A stretch of 64,000 nt of DNA. Source: Amoeboaphelidium protococcarum X5 (taxonomy: Eukaryota; Fungi; Aphelidiomycota). Made by a program: the position numbers and the translations under genes. Location of the stretch: assembly GCA_023515725.1 (NCBI GenBank), contig JALDTO010000098.1, positions 1,204,164 to 1,268,163 on the forward strand, read 5' to 3'. How positions within the stretch are numbered: the first letter of the stretch is position 1; the number at the start of each line of letters is the position of its first letter. Shown piece by piece: positions 1 through 13,500 of the stretch. The notes under the pieces were generated by a model. It was given only the letters and a program-made list of their open reading frames with translations, did no database searches and was not told the origin of the DNA.

Positions 1-368
1 GTTTAGATTCTACTTCCGTCGTTAGTGCGTTGTATTCTGAGCTGAGCAAGGGTAATGTCAATTCTGGTGTTAATGTCGAGGCTGAGTTTGGTATTCAGAC
101 TGCAGTAGATTCAAACGGTGATTAGATTACTCCTGGTGACAAGGCGTCCCCATCAAAGGTTATCAGAGACATCACCAAGACTGGCGATAACCCGGATCTG
201 TATCCTATTTATGATCCGTATGTTGCCAAGTATTGGGCAATAAAGTATGCCGTGGATGCTGCACTCACCGTCCTACGCGTGGACCAGATCATCATGAGCA
301 AGCCAGCTGGCGGTCCAAAGTTGCCAAAGGGTGGAAATCAAATGTACGATGACGATCAGATGGCTTGA
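1..368 (+). CDS. CCT8: T-complex protein 1 subunit theta, 3' end (partial)
   Basis: The frame starting at 3 reads ...KYWAIKYAVDAALTVLRVDQIIMSKPAGGPK...DDDQMA-TGA(366-368). RVDQIIMSKPAGGPK is the CCT-theta C-terminal signature. One in-frame TAG. Confidence 0.92.
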
Positions 369-675
369 TTCCTTCCATATCTGATACGGTACTATCAACT
401 ATTCATTTATAATACTATTTTTTGCTTTAATTCCTCTCTTTTATGATTTCAATATATGGGACACCAATAAATCAATGTCTTTATACCCATAAGTGGCAGC
501 TTAATCAATCGAGCCGTCTTTGTTTCGGCCGTTCTTCTTCCGCGAGATCTCGCCGTTGTCGTTTACAATAAACACTGGACAACTTTCAAAAGTCTTTCAC
601 TGTTTCAACACTGTTGATCTTTTTATTTTATCAGTAAATAATTTGTCCAACGTTTTGGTATAGTTTGTTGATAAA

Positions 676-3600
676 ATGACTAGCTTTGCACCGGTAAGTT
701 TCTGTCAGTAGTTGATATAAATGATAGAATGAAAATGAGGGAATGTATGTAGGGACAGTGGGTATGGTTTACTTAGAACGGTGGAAATGTTAACGATGGT
801 CGATTGTTGATGGCCGGTCAGATAACAAGTGGTCAAGGGAATTAATTTGTAATTAAAGCATTCAACAATGATCCTGCAGAGGTATGATGTACCCAGTTTT
901 TATTTTGATGTTCATGTAATAATAACAAGTGTCCATCATTTGTAGTTGTAACAAGTGGATGCCTCATGCATTAAACCGATGCATCAGTCGTCGGTGGCGA
1001 GTGTTTCAGACATGACATTGTTGGCCGATTTGCACGAGGCATCGTTGTTACATAACATCTCACAGCGCTATCTGAATGATCTGATGTATACTTTCACTGG
1101 TAATATTCTGGTGGCTGTCAATCCATACAAGTAGTTGGATATTTTTGGTGGTGATCTGGTGAGACGCTACTATGAGATGGGCAAATCAAAGGTTATCACT
1201 GATATGGATCCTCACATTTACGCTATTGCGAACGAGGCGTATAGTTAGATGTTGCGCAAGTAGGAGAATTAGTGTGTGGTTATCAGTGGTGAAAGTGGAG
1301 CTGGTAAGACAGAGTCTACGAAGCTGATTTTGAACTTCTTGGCTACAGTGTCTTCGAAGAAGTCTCTTGTTCAAGATCAGATCATGGATGCATCTCCTAT
1401 TTTGGAAGCTTTTGGTAATGCAAAGACTGTGCGTAATGATAATAGTAGTAGATTTGGCAAGTTTCTTGAGGTTTAGTTTTCGAGCGACGGTAGTATTGCT
1501 GGGGCTTTGACTCTTTAGTACTTGCTTGAGAAGAGTAGAATTGTGTTTTAGGCTGCAGATGAGAGGAATTATCACATCTTTTATGACTTGATTCTGGGAG
1601 CTACCGATTAGGAGAGGAAGGTTTTGCAACTGACTAAGCCTCAAGATTATCGTTATTTGAAGTAAAGTGGCTGTTATACTCTGAAAAATGTATCTGACGT
1701 TGATTCGATGAAGGAAGTCCGAGAGGCTATGCACACATTGAACTTTACAAAGAATTAATAGGATCAGAAGATATTTCGTGCACTGGCTGCTTGTCTGCAT
1801 CTGGGCAACGTCACCTTTGAGGGCCCTGATGATGGTGTGCAAATCGTTGATAGCCAGCCATTGTAGATTGCGGCTGATCTTTTGGAGATTTCTTCAGAGA
1901 ATTTGAGCAAGGCCTTGATTAGCAGGACTTCTATTACTAGGGGTGAGACGTTTATTACGCCTTTGAATATGACTTAGGCGAATGATGCGAGAGATGCTCT
2001 GGCTAAGGCAGTTTATGGCAGGATGTTTAATTGGATTGTCGCTTTTATCAATGATACTACCCGTAATAAGGATGATTTGAAGTTTGTGGGAGTGTTGGAT
2101 ATTTTTGGCTTTGAGGATTTTTAGGTGAACAGTTTTGAGTAGTTTTGTATCAATTACGCAAACGAGCGTTTGCAATACTATTTTAATATGCATATATTCA
2201 AGCTAGAGTAAGAGGAGTACCAGAAAGAAGGCATCAATTGGTCCAAGATTGAGTTTGTTGATAACCAGCCTACTATTGACTTGATCAGTAAGAAGCCAGT
2301 GGGCTTGATATAGTTGCTTGATGAAGAGTCCAACTTTCCAAAGTCGTCGGATTTTACGTTTATTGAAAAGTGTCATAAGAATCATGAGTAGCATCCATCT
2401 TATATCAAACACAAGACTAACAAGGTACAATTTGGTGTGAAGCACTATGCTGGAGATGTCTATTACAATATTGATGGGTTCTTGGAAAAGAATAGAGATA
2501 CGCTGAAAAGTGATTTGATTGATTTACTGAAAGGTTCTGGCAATGATTTGGTTGTCTAGTGGTTTAGTGAATCTGATGAAGCGGATACATCAAATTCTGG
2601 TGGTACGATTAGAGGATCTACAATGTCGTTGAGCGAGTCCAAGAGTGGGACGCTGAGTCGTTCTAATACCATGAGTAAAGGCAAAAGTGGCAAAGCTCTT
2701 ACAACTGGATATCAGTTTGCTGCGTCTCTTAACGAATTGGTGAATACTTTGACTGCTTGTAATCCGTATTTTGTGCGTTGCATCAAGCCCAATACTAAAA
2801 AGATGGCTAAAACTGTTGATAAATAGCTGATCATGGCGTAATTGCGTTATAGTGGTATGCTTGAGACTATTCGTGTGAGAAGAGCTGGATTCTCGTACAG
2901 AGCAAAGTTTGAGGATTTCCTCAGTCGCTACAACATTTTGATCGAAGGCAACAAGAAGGGCAAGGATCAGGTGTCCAATTGTAAGGCCATTCTGAGTCTC
3001 CTTCCACCGGCAAAGTTCAAGGACATGTATTAGGCTGGTGCCACTAAAGTCTTTGCCAAGGCGTCGGTAGAAGTGGAACTGGAGAAGATGAGAGGTGATA
3101 AACTTGTAGTCTTTATCGTTGTGCTCTAGAACTTTTTCAAAATGGTAGTCGCGCGTCAATAGTTTTTGCGAGATAGACAGCGTATTCTGACAGTACAGAA
3201 GATGGCTCGTGGCTGGTTGGGCAAAGCTAAGGCTCGAAAGTGGAAACGTGGTATTGTGTCTATCCAGTCTGCATGGAGAGGTCGTAAAGTAAGAATTTAA
3301 TATGAGGCAGAGTTGGCCAAAGTTCGAGAAATGAAGAGGTTGCGAGAGGAAGAGGAACGCCGTAAAGAAGAGGAGGAGCGCTTACGATTGCAGGAGGAAG
3401 AGAGGCTGAGACTGCAAGAAGAGGAGAGGCTGAGATTGGAAGAGGAGCAAAAGTATGAAGAGGCCAAGAAGCAACATGCACAACTCGTATCTGACAGTAG
3501 TAACGGTGGCGCTGATGATGATGACGAAGATCCTGAGATCAAGGCCAAGCAAGAGGAGCTCTTGAGATATTTGGAAATGAGTGAGCAAGAGCGCGCAGCC

Positions 3601-6600
3601 AAGGCAGCTATGCGTGCTGGTATGACGCCTAACAGCCGCAAAAGGAAAGAGCAGGATGTTCCTGAAGCGGTTTAGTAGAGAATGAAGTCGTAGAAATTCC
3701 AATTTTATCAGCTGAATGTCCCTGAAAATCATGTGAAGATCTAGTATGAGATGTATTCGTTGGAGACTCTGCGCGGCGGTCAAATAAAAGAGGGTAGTAA
3801 TGAGAGTCTGAATCAGATGGTCTCTGGATCCGAGGATGCTACTTGGTTGAAGTTCTCGAAAATTTTCTTCAACGAAGGAATTAAGCCTGGCTTCAATTCT
3901 AAGCCATTGACTTCGTCTCTGTTGAAGTTCTCAAACTCGGCAGATCAGTCGTTATAGAAAGCTGCTATTGCTATTAATCAGGCGTGTTTGAAGCTTGTAA
4001 TTGACGACTGTGACATTTAGCTTGTGAAATGTCTGCTTGATTTTATCTGTGAGCAGACAGATTTGTTGATGTCTAGTCAGACTTAATTGTCCAAGAAGTT
4101 GACGTACATGGATGAGACGCTATCTTAATTTGCTAGAATGACTAGTAAAAATGGCGATGAGGCTGCTAATAAGAGAGCTTGGCGCTTTTTTGGTTTGTTC
4201 CTAGGCTTCTATTGTCCGTCTATGTATTTGGCTAAAGCCCTGCTTAATCATATTGTGGTCGATGCACCAGATATGGAGACTTGCACATGGTGTTTGCAAA
4301 GAATGGCTAGGAGTTTAAAGAACGGCTCTAGAACTGGTTCTGCGAGCTCAATAGAGGTTATGTCGGTGTTATGGAATCTGCCTATTGTTTTGTGTGCTCT
4401 CTGGGCTGATGGTGAGCAGGTGGCGTTTGAAATTGATTCTCTTAGCACGGCTAAGGAGGTCATGCAGAACATTGCTGTTCAAAAAGGTTTGAATAATAAA
4501 GAGTCCTGGAGTTTGAGTCTTCAACTTACCAACGGATCTGTGGTGAATGTCTCGAGTTTAGAGCCGATACTGAATTTTATAGCTGGTGTCGAGTCGTTGA
4601 ACTATTAGATTTTAGGCGGTAATGATTAATTAGCTTAGTAAACTGTGTATTCTGATACATAGCAAGCTGGTGATTAGAGCATTCCGATGATAATCCCTGC
4701 TCTTAAGGTTGACTCGGTGCCAGCCATTCCGATTTTATCAGCACCTATTTAGGTGAATAGTAGTGATGATCATGCTTTAATATCTACGTCTGGGCCTCCT
4801 CCTCCACCACCCTCAATGTTGAAACCAACTACAGCTATTGCGCCCCCGCCGCCTCCACCAGTCGCTGCTGAGTCGAGTACTAATCTACCGCCACCTCTGC
4901 CGCCATCTGATAATTTTGCTAGCCCGCCACCACCACCGCCTGCAACCGAGGGGATTGTATACGCTCCGATGCCTCCGCCACCTGCACCAGCTCCAATTTC
5001 GACTGGATCAGGCCCACCGCCTCCTCCCCCGCCATCGCAGTCTAGTGGTCAGCCTGCAAGCAAAGGATTATCGTTGGCGGAATAATTGGCTGCGAAAAAA
5101 GCTAAAATGGGCGTCCAATAGTCTGATGAAGCTTCATAAAGTGTAACTAGCAACAATTAAGCAGTTACTGCACCTGTCTTTTCTGCTAGTGTCGGTCCGC
5201 CTCCTCCACCGCCAATGTCAGCTGCTCCGAGCTATTAGGCTCCTCCACCACCTCCTGCGCCTTCTGGATCTGGTGCTTAACCACCGCCACCTCCACCTTC
5301 CAACATTTCCTCATCTGCGGCGCCGCCACCTCCACCGGTAGGTCCTACTTCTGCGCCAATGCCTCCACCGCCACCAGCTCCATCTAGTTCGGCTCCAGTT
5401 AAAGGCGGTGGACTTTCCTTGGCGGAACAGATTGCTGCGAAAAAATTGAAATAAAGCGCAGCTGTTTCTGATGGTAATTCTGAATAGGCACCGCCGCCGC
5501 CCGCCAAGTCGGTTAACAAGTCATCTGGGTTATCATTGGCGGAAGAAATTGCCAGAAAAACTTAGACAAGAATGAAGGCTGCAATCTCTAGTTCTGATGA
5601 GTCGCAATAAAAAGCATCTAATGATGCACCTGTGATGTCAGGTATGCCGCCACCTCCACCGCCCCCGGCATAGTCTTAATCTGCATCGTCATCGGCTGGT
5701 TTAAGTTTGGCGGAGCAAATTGCGGCGAAGAAGTTAAAATCATCAACTGTGAAAAGCGAGACTAGCCCGGTGGCTTCCTAATCTTAGGCTCCGTCTGCTG
5801 CAGCTAGTTTGTCCAAATCTACAGGAGGAATGTCGTTGATGGAAGAGCTAGCCAAACGTTCTCAGAAGAAGATTCCCCAGGCTGGTAGTTCCCAAAGTGT
5901 CAATACTCAAAGCTCATCAGCTAACTTGCATGCGTCTACTGGTGCAGGTGGAAAGTTGTAATCTCCTTCTGGTACCGTAAAGGTTCCTTCGGGTGCTCCA
6001 GCTCCTCCAGCAGTGCCAGGCGGACCACCTCCACCTCCTTAGGGTGCATCCACATCATCTCCACCTCCACCTCCACCGCCTGCCTCTGCTAACAGCTCTG
6101 CTAGTAGTGGATAAATGAGTTTGGCGGAGCAGATTGCTGCTAAAAAGTTGAAAAAGTCGGAAAATGCTCCAGCTCCTCCGCCTCCTGATCCGGCACCATC
6201 ATCTTCTGCGTCTTCTGGGGCTAAGATGTCCCTTGCCGATGAGATTATGGCGAAGAAGCTAAAAAGTGCGTCATCGGCCTAGTAATCATAATCTGCAGAG
6301 AGTGCTGCACCACAATCTGCTTCTAAAGCAGCTCCAATGTCGTTATAAGAGGAGTTGATGGCGAAAAAGTTGAAGAAAGCTTCAGCCGAGACTGAGAAGA
6401 GTGCCACCCCGTCTGTTTAAGCTAAAGCTCCTCCTGCATAGCCTTTGACAATGGCCGAGGAAATTCTGCAGAAAAAGTTGAAAAAACAAGCAGCTGCGGC
6501 TATTGATACTAAAACTGGTGCTGATGAAAAAAAGTCAGATTCTGGTCTTAATAGTGCGTTGAATACTCCTTCTAAAAGTACTGCCTAAACTCCAGAACCT

Positions 6601-9600
6601 GCATCGGCAGGTTCCAAGTTTCCAGCTTTAAAGAAGACTAATAATAAACCCCTCCCAGGACCTCCTAATCCTCCACCACCTCCACCCCCTGCTCCATCTA
6701 CTCCTAATCCTGGCGTTCAGGCAGCCGCGGTATAGCCAAAGAAAGCTTTGTCTCTTGCAGAATAACTCGCGGCCAAGAGAGCTTAAGTTGTAAAGCCATC
6801 AGATGATAGTCCGACCAGCGATCAAGACTAACAGTAGGCAACGCCATCAAGTGATGTCCCGCCATTACCGTAATAACCGCCACCGATGGCTTCTACTGCT
6901 TCATTGCCTCCACCACCACCACCTCCTTCGTTTGCTTCTGCATCACCTCCGCCGCCACCACCTCCAGCTGGCACTAAGCCGCCACCTGCAGTAGAGCCTA
7001 TACCTTTAACTGCTCTATAACCGCCAATGCCTCCTCCAAGTTCACTTTAACATGCTAACTTTGCTTCTGGTGGTTCTGTCGGAAATAGTCCGCCACCTCC
7101 TGCACCTCAAATTAATGTTATTGGATCCAGTAGTGTGTTAAGTGGATCCATTCGTGATAATTCCAAGGCTCCTAGAGTTTCCATAAGTGGTTTGAAGGCT
7201 CCTCCTGCTGCGTCGTTGAATTTGCCTACTCGATCGAGTCAGCCATCTAAGCCTGAGCCTTTTGCTTCGTCTAATTTGGCTACATCTGCGCCTCTGAATA
7301 TCAGCGGCACTAATGATGAAGTTTTTTCTGTCGTTGATTCTAAGCCAGCAGTCAGTTAATAGGCATCCATAGGTAGTTTGAATATTTAGATGGGTCCACT
7401 GCCAGAAATTCCTGCAGAAACTGCGTATATGACCGAGAAAATGTCTAGTTAATCGACCAGTATTGATGGACCATAGCCATTTGAAGTTATGATCAGGAAT
7501 TGTAATTTGCATAGTGTAAACATTGAGGATGATATGGAAGTAGATTTGTTTTTATAGTAGATCACTAACGATGTTATAGGGGAGTCTATTGTGTTGGATG
7601 AGTCGCATTCACTGGAGGTTCATCAATTGATCTCTTCCGGTAACGGAGTATAAGCTATCTAGCATTTGATGAAATTTGGAGAATTTAGTGGAGATTTTTA
7701 CAATTGTAGAAATCAAGATGGTTTTTGGTGCAAAATTGTGTTACGAAATGATGGAATACAATTCGTGGATGGCGATTCTTCATAAGTTGCTCCGTTTGAT
7801 CAAGTAGTGGTCAAAGCCGATTCTGCCAATGATTTACAGCTTAATTTGTGGGGTGACACGGTTAGTCTGCGTTTTGTCAACAATCAAGCTAAAGTCATCG
7901 AAAGTACCATTCAAGAGTAGATCAAGCAAATGAAAGGGAGATCCAACTTGGCTGTGGCTTTAATTAACTACGGTCCTAATGATTCTGGATTTGCTTTTTA
8001 GAAGGGTCAGTTGCTCACTGTGCTTGACAGAGATGACATCAATGGTTGGGTGCAGGCGCACTATCAGGACAAGTCCGGCTGGTTTCCATCAGAAAATGTG
8101 GATATTTTAACTGCGTCATCTAAAGTGGATGTAAATGCTAATAAAATTGAGCTGCAAGGAGTATTGTTAACGAAATCTCAGGCTATTGAGAAGAGAATGA
8201 GAGATATGGGTGTTCCTATTCCTACTGGGTTGCTTCAGGACACAACTCAGTAAGCTTTGCCGACTCCAGCTGCTCCTAATGCGTCCGCTGCTCCGCTTCC
8301 TGGATTCTAGACGATGCGTCTCAGTTCAAGCCCATTTGCTGCATCTTCAGATAACGCTCTTAATGTGAGACCTGGTGCTTAAAATTCGCGTGCTATTTCA
8401 GCATCGCCTCTGGCACGTTCATCACTCAGCAACACTTTCAATAATTCTAGTTCCTCTCTTGGATCTGGAATGATGATGTCTATCTCTGAAGCAGGATAAA
8501 GTTAGTTGCCTCGTACATCTGCCAAAGAGTCTAGCTTTGTGGATTTTGCCAAGATGTATTTTAATTAGGAGGTGAAAGTTGGCTTGTTTGGTAAGACTGT
8601 GCGTAAAGGTGCCCTCAATGATCTCGATGCTATGGAGAAGGAGATTCAGATGAAGGTAAAGTACTCCGAGAAGCCTATCACCGCCCCTTTGACAAAAATT
8701 CCGGATGCTACTGATCAGAAAATTTCAGTCGAGCTTTTCCATTATATTATGCAAGCGATGGGTGATAGTCCTACCAAGAAGTCTCGCTATGAGCTAATGC
8801 AGTAGATTTGTATCATTGGTATGAAGAAGGAGTCTTTACGTGATGAAGTGTATTCATAAGTCATTAAGTAGATTACGTCAAATCGTTCTCCTAAGGAGCA
8901 GTCATTGAAGAATGGATGGATTCTTTTGTGCTTATTGTGTACCTGCGTGATTCCATCTATGAGATTGGAGATGCACTTGTACAATCACTTGCACTATTTG
9001 GCTTAGCAAAAGAGCAGAGATTTCCATGGCCATGTAGAGCAGTGCATTGACCGGCTACGAAAGAACAAGTTGTCTCCGAGAATTACCCCGCCATCTGAAG
9101 ACGAAGTCAAATGTTTGGAGATTAATGGTAAGTAGTTGTTCAAAGTGTGGTTTTCCGATGGTTCTGCCAAGACTTTTGTCATGGATTCGCATCTGATGGC
9201 AAGAGACATTATTAGAGGACTTTTTGATAGATTTGATATCACTAAAAATCATCACTGCTATTCTTTGTACGTATCGATGCTTCCCGCAGAGTAACTGTTG
9301 ATACCGGTGTAAATTATGGACAAGATGGCTGATGTGTTGAATTCTGGTGATATGATGTGCAAGTAGAACATCAAGGAGTTTTAATATGTGAAATTGCTCT
9401 TTGTCAAGAAAGTTTGGATCAACTAGATTGATTAAAACTTGGCTGCAGCTACCATATCGCTGATGTTCAATTAGCTGGTTGAACAGTTTTTGAAAGGATT
9501 GTTGCTTACTGACTAGGAACTTGGTATCTAAGCAAGAGAGCTGCACTGTCAGGCCATTTCTCAATTGATCTAGATCAAGAAACTTAGTGTGGACGATCCG

Positions 9601-10110
9601 CAGGTGGTGAAGAAACTTGTGCCTGATGTTTTACTGTATAAGGGCGATGTTCCCGCAGATCTTATGCAGGCAATTAAGAAGAATGTTCTCATGAGCTCAA
9701 TGTACAATCCGTTGGAAGTTGATAGAATGAAGCAGTTTATGCAGCTGTTGTCAAAGTATCCGCTTTATGGTAATTCTGTATTCCGTTGCCATTCTAGTAA
9801 TGATTCAAGATTCAGTAGTGGATGCTTCATTGCAGTGGGTCAGAATGGCGTGCTGGTTCTAGATAAAAATTCTATGGCCGTGTTGGAATAAGTACCATTT
9901 TAGATGATTATGAACTTTCGTCATGATGAAAATGAGTTTACAGTGCGTTCCGGTTTACCTGGTGGAAACAAGATGATGCTCAGATTTGAGACCAGGCAAG
10001 GATTTGTAATTGCTGATTTGATTAATTCGTACATTCAAGCTCTCGGCTAGTTGAACCTGATTAACACTGTGGTGTCTGTTACTTAGGAATCGGCCGTGCC
10101 ACTGCAATGA
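676..10110 (+). CDS. MyTH4-FERM unconventional myosin (class XV/VII/XXII-like), ~3100 aa: motor, ~3 IQ, SAH, MyTH4, split FERM with Pro-rich/WH2-like insert, SH3, MyTH4, FERM
   Basis: ATG 676; introns 694-752 and 882-945; exon 946-10110 is open with TAR=Gln. P-loop GESGAGKTE, switch [40 protein letters not shown] helix ~3331-3470, SH3 ~7950-8110 (GWFPSENV), second MyTH4 (LRDEVYSQVIKQIT), C-terminal FERM ([10 protein letters not shown]). Confidence 0.93.
5065..6786 (+). repeat. Ten protein-level repeats, consensus (L/M)[12 protein letters not shown], separated by polyproline/Ser-Ala linkers, within the myosin tail
   Basis: Copies start near 5065, 5410, 5527, 5698, 5827, 6115, 6226, 6337, 6445 and 6748, e.g. 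[41 protein letters not shown]. Confidence 0.9.
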
Positions 10111-10517
10111 AATTTGAAGTGATTGAGAGGTGATTTTGAAAAATATTAGATAGAAGAAAGAGAATTGATGTTGGTGATGATAATGATGATAATGATGAGA
10201 TATATACGATTGAAATTAAATCTGTTTACCTTTAAATCTGACTGCTTCCAAGATTGGATCAGATGAGATTATTTCAACGAGATAAATTGACAGCAATCTA
10301 CGCAGGATCTCTCTCTCTCTCGCTCACTCGCTCCCTCGCTCGAATCAACACAGGTCGGACCGCCTTGTTGTTGTTATGAAAGTTGTTTCATCTTCAGTTT
10401 TTAAACTGTTTCATCGGCCGTCTTCTTCAAAAAATATAATCTTGTAACATTCAATTCTCTCCAATATAAACATATTCTGACTAATTTTAATTATTTTGAT
10501 ATAAATACCAGCTAATT

Positions 10518-13500
10518 ATGAGTTAAAGTACTGTTGGAGATAGTGCTAAAAAGTAAAAGAGTATCAATGCCGCAGGATAGATTGAGAGTATCAAGCAGAG
10601 GCCCGAGAGAATGTCTACATTGTCCTACTTGAGTATCGGTCAGCTGTAGCAGTCAACGATAAAAGATGGATTTTTGAATAGAAAGACTGAGCATCTGAGT
10701 CTGAATCCCAATTCTAAGCATCCATCATCAGGTTTTGGTAGAAAGTAGTGGAAGGTTAATAGAACGATACTGAGAGGGAGCAAACTGTACTTTTTCAAGT
10801 TGAGCCCGGAACTGACGGCTTTGACGAGAGAAATGTTTTCCGAGAACAATGGCAGCAGCAATTTGACAGCCTCGATCAGCCTGGAGGGAAGTCAGATTGT
10901 TTCACTGGATCATCTACATCATCCGTCACAGCAATAATAGTAGTCACTAAAGTAGGGAAAGAGTCCGAGTACTTTGCGTAAGGCGAGTACAGCCGAGAGT
11001 AGTAAGCGCCGTGATGTTGGTACTGCCGACAGTTAGACTGTAAAATTGAGCTCTGAGTCACTTAACAATCAAGGCGAAGGTTCTAATGACAATAACGATG
11101 ATGATGATGGTGGCACCATGGATCAAAGTTTATAGACGCCAGTGCATAGAAACTTCAATATAGTCGCACATAAAGGTAAAGATCTTCAGCCTGATATGAT
11201 CGATGGCACTACTAGATTGATTCTGTTCAAGAGTCATGTATAGGATGGTGACGATAGGCGTCTGTTTAATTATGCCGATGTTTTTGTGGAGGTTGATCTC
11301 ACGGCTTCACCGTCAGGAGATTTGAAGTTAAAGCAGTAGCTGTGCCTGGTGGTGACTGATAGCAAGATATTACTGCTTCCGAAAAGATGGGTGAGAATTA
11401 CGAAGAGCATTGATGTGACCAGTCAATTTACACCGGCAGAGAGAAAAGCAATAGCTGCTGGAGATCAGTCGTCTTAGTAGTAGATTATCGTGATGAGAAA
11501 GAGAGCTAACGAAAGTTCTGGATTACATTCGAAGCTAGAAATTGCTACAGCTGCGGAAGATTCTAGTAGGAGAGGTAGTTTGATCGGTCCTTTATCGCCG
11601 AATAATGATTAAATTATGAAGAAGATTGATCAGTCTCTTGTCGCCAAGTTCACGTATGATGGTGAGTTTGAGATTGAATCTGCGTTTACTTTGAGCGATG
11701 ATGCTAATGGTACATTGATGGAGAATCTACCTGACAAGGAGAAGCCTTATTTATTTGGTCTTCATTTAGTATAAGAAGATAGCAGTGTGGTGTAGCGATA
11801 CTTTAAGGCCAAGTCGGTCGAGTCCAAGTCGGAGTTTTTGATTGCTTTTGATTAAGTGAAAAGTTATCTGCTAAGTCAGAGTAAAGGCGGCTAATTTACT
11901 GAAATTCCTACTCTAGAGAGAAGAAACAATAGAGACTCTGATGGAAGCGGTGAAGAGTATGGCCTTGGTAATGAGAAATTTATTAATGTAACTAAAAAGC
12001 ATCCAAGTTTAGCTTTCAGTAAGGCTTCAAAGTTGGGCACTAATGCTGTCATTGATAGTTCTAGATTGCTCATGTGTGTTCAGGATGATTATTTGAAACC
12101 TGCATTTGTGGAAGCATTATTGCATGAGTCATTACTATAGTAGGCGTGTTCTAAAGATGGCGATAATGACGATACAGAGCTGGCTTTGAATATTAAATTG
12201 ATTTCATCTCGCCTGCTTTCGAGTTCCCTCTGGTTTTCTGATGTCAAGGCTGCGGATTTGATCAAATATGTCACTGGTTTACTACATTCTGCACTTGGTA
12301 GTGGCAAAACTACGATTTATATAGAAGCTGTGAGAAGGTTATGTCAATTGGTTGATCCTAATCAGGCCATGTCTCCGCAGCGGCGTGATCAGTTAAAGGT
12401 TCTCTGTTAGAAGTAGAAGGGGAATCTTGAACCTAATAGCGATGTACTGAACTAGTTGAAGGATCTTCTGGAGCGCTTAAATCAAGAGGCAACAAAGTTG
12501 AATTATAGTTACGATTAGTCTTCAGTGTGGAGATCGCTTGGGGACGATGGTCTGAAGCTGCCAATCTCTGACTTTCTTCATATCTCTATTGAGGCGATGG
12601 CTTAAGCATTACATTCGTTCTCAAATTAGCTTTTGCAGTCAGAGTTTGATGAAGGACTTCTATTTGGAATGTATCGCTGCTTATGGGATGGAGAGTTTCT
12701 TTCTCGTCACCTCTCCAGTAATTTACCTTTGTTTTTGCAGACTTTAATTAGTAAAGATGATGGAGGCAAGCGTATATTTATGATACATGCTTTATTAGAT
12801 CCGTTGTGTTAATTCATTAAGCAGTAAGTATTAGTCTAATGTAAAAGTGCCCCTTCAACCAAACGTGCATCTCTGCTCACTTTTTGGATCAGAGTAGGTG
12901 AGATTTTGAAATCTGAATATGATAATTAGTACTTATTCTAATGCATTGCCGAAGTTATGTGGTCGCCTCCGATTGTACGCCTGACTGAGAGCTGGAAGCT
13001 GGTGGATCCAAAGTATGTTCAATTGGTCAAGTCTGGTTGGATCAGTTCTGTAAGTGACATAAGCCAGGATAAAGCTAGTGGCCTTTTGAGTTTAATCTAA
13101 AGGTTGAGAGAGCGGAAATTGTAGCTTTTGTCTCAAGAGAAGTCTTAGTATGAAATCGGCCTCCTTCTAAGCATTTTGGACAGTAGTTTAGTATTTGGTA
13201 AGCAGTCTTGTGATTACTTATATCAAACGGAGGATAAGCTTCTCCAGTTTGTGAATAAAATATTTCATCACTAGCAGCCATAGTCTGATAATTATGATGA
13301 TTGGTAGCCACTGGTTTGCAATTTTCCTGATAAAATAGACGAGTTGTATGAGCTGAGCTAGGAGTAATTTGGCAAAGAAATGGAGATTAGTTTTAGTTGT
13401 GAGGGTCCTCATTAATATGCCACTGCTGCATTGTCCTCCCATTCTAATTCTCTGAATATTAATGGTTTCGATAATGTGCCACTGTAAGATGGTCACTCAT

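Noticed and set aside
1186-3783. Long minus-strand ORFs in the supplied track (e.g. 1186-1842, 2590-3159)
   Set aside because: They are antisense shadows of the myosin gene and carry no independent motifs.
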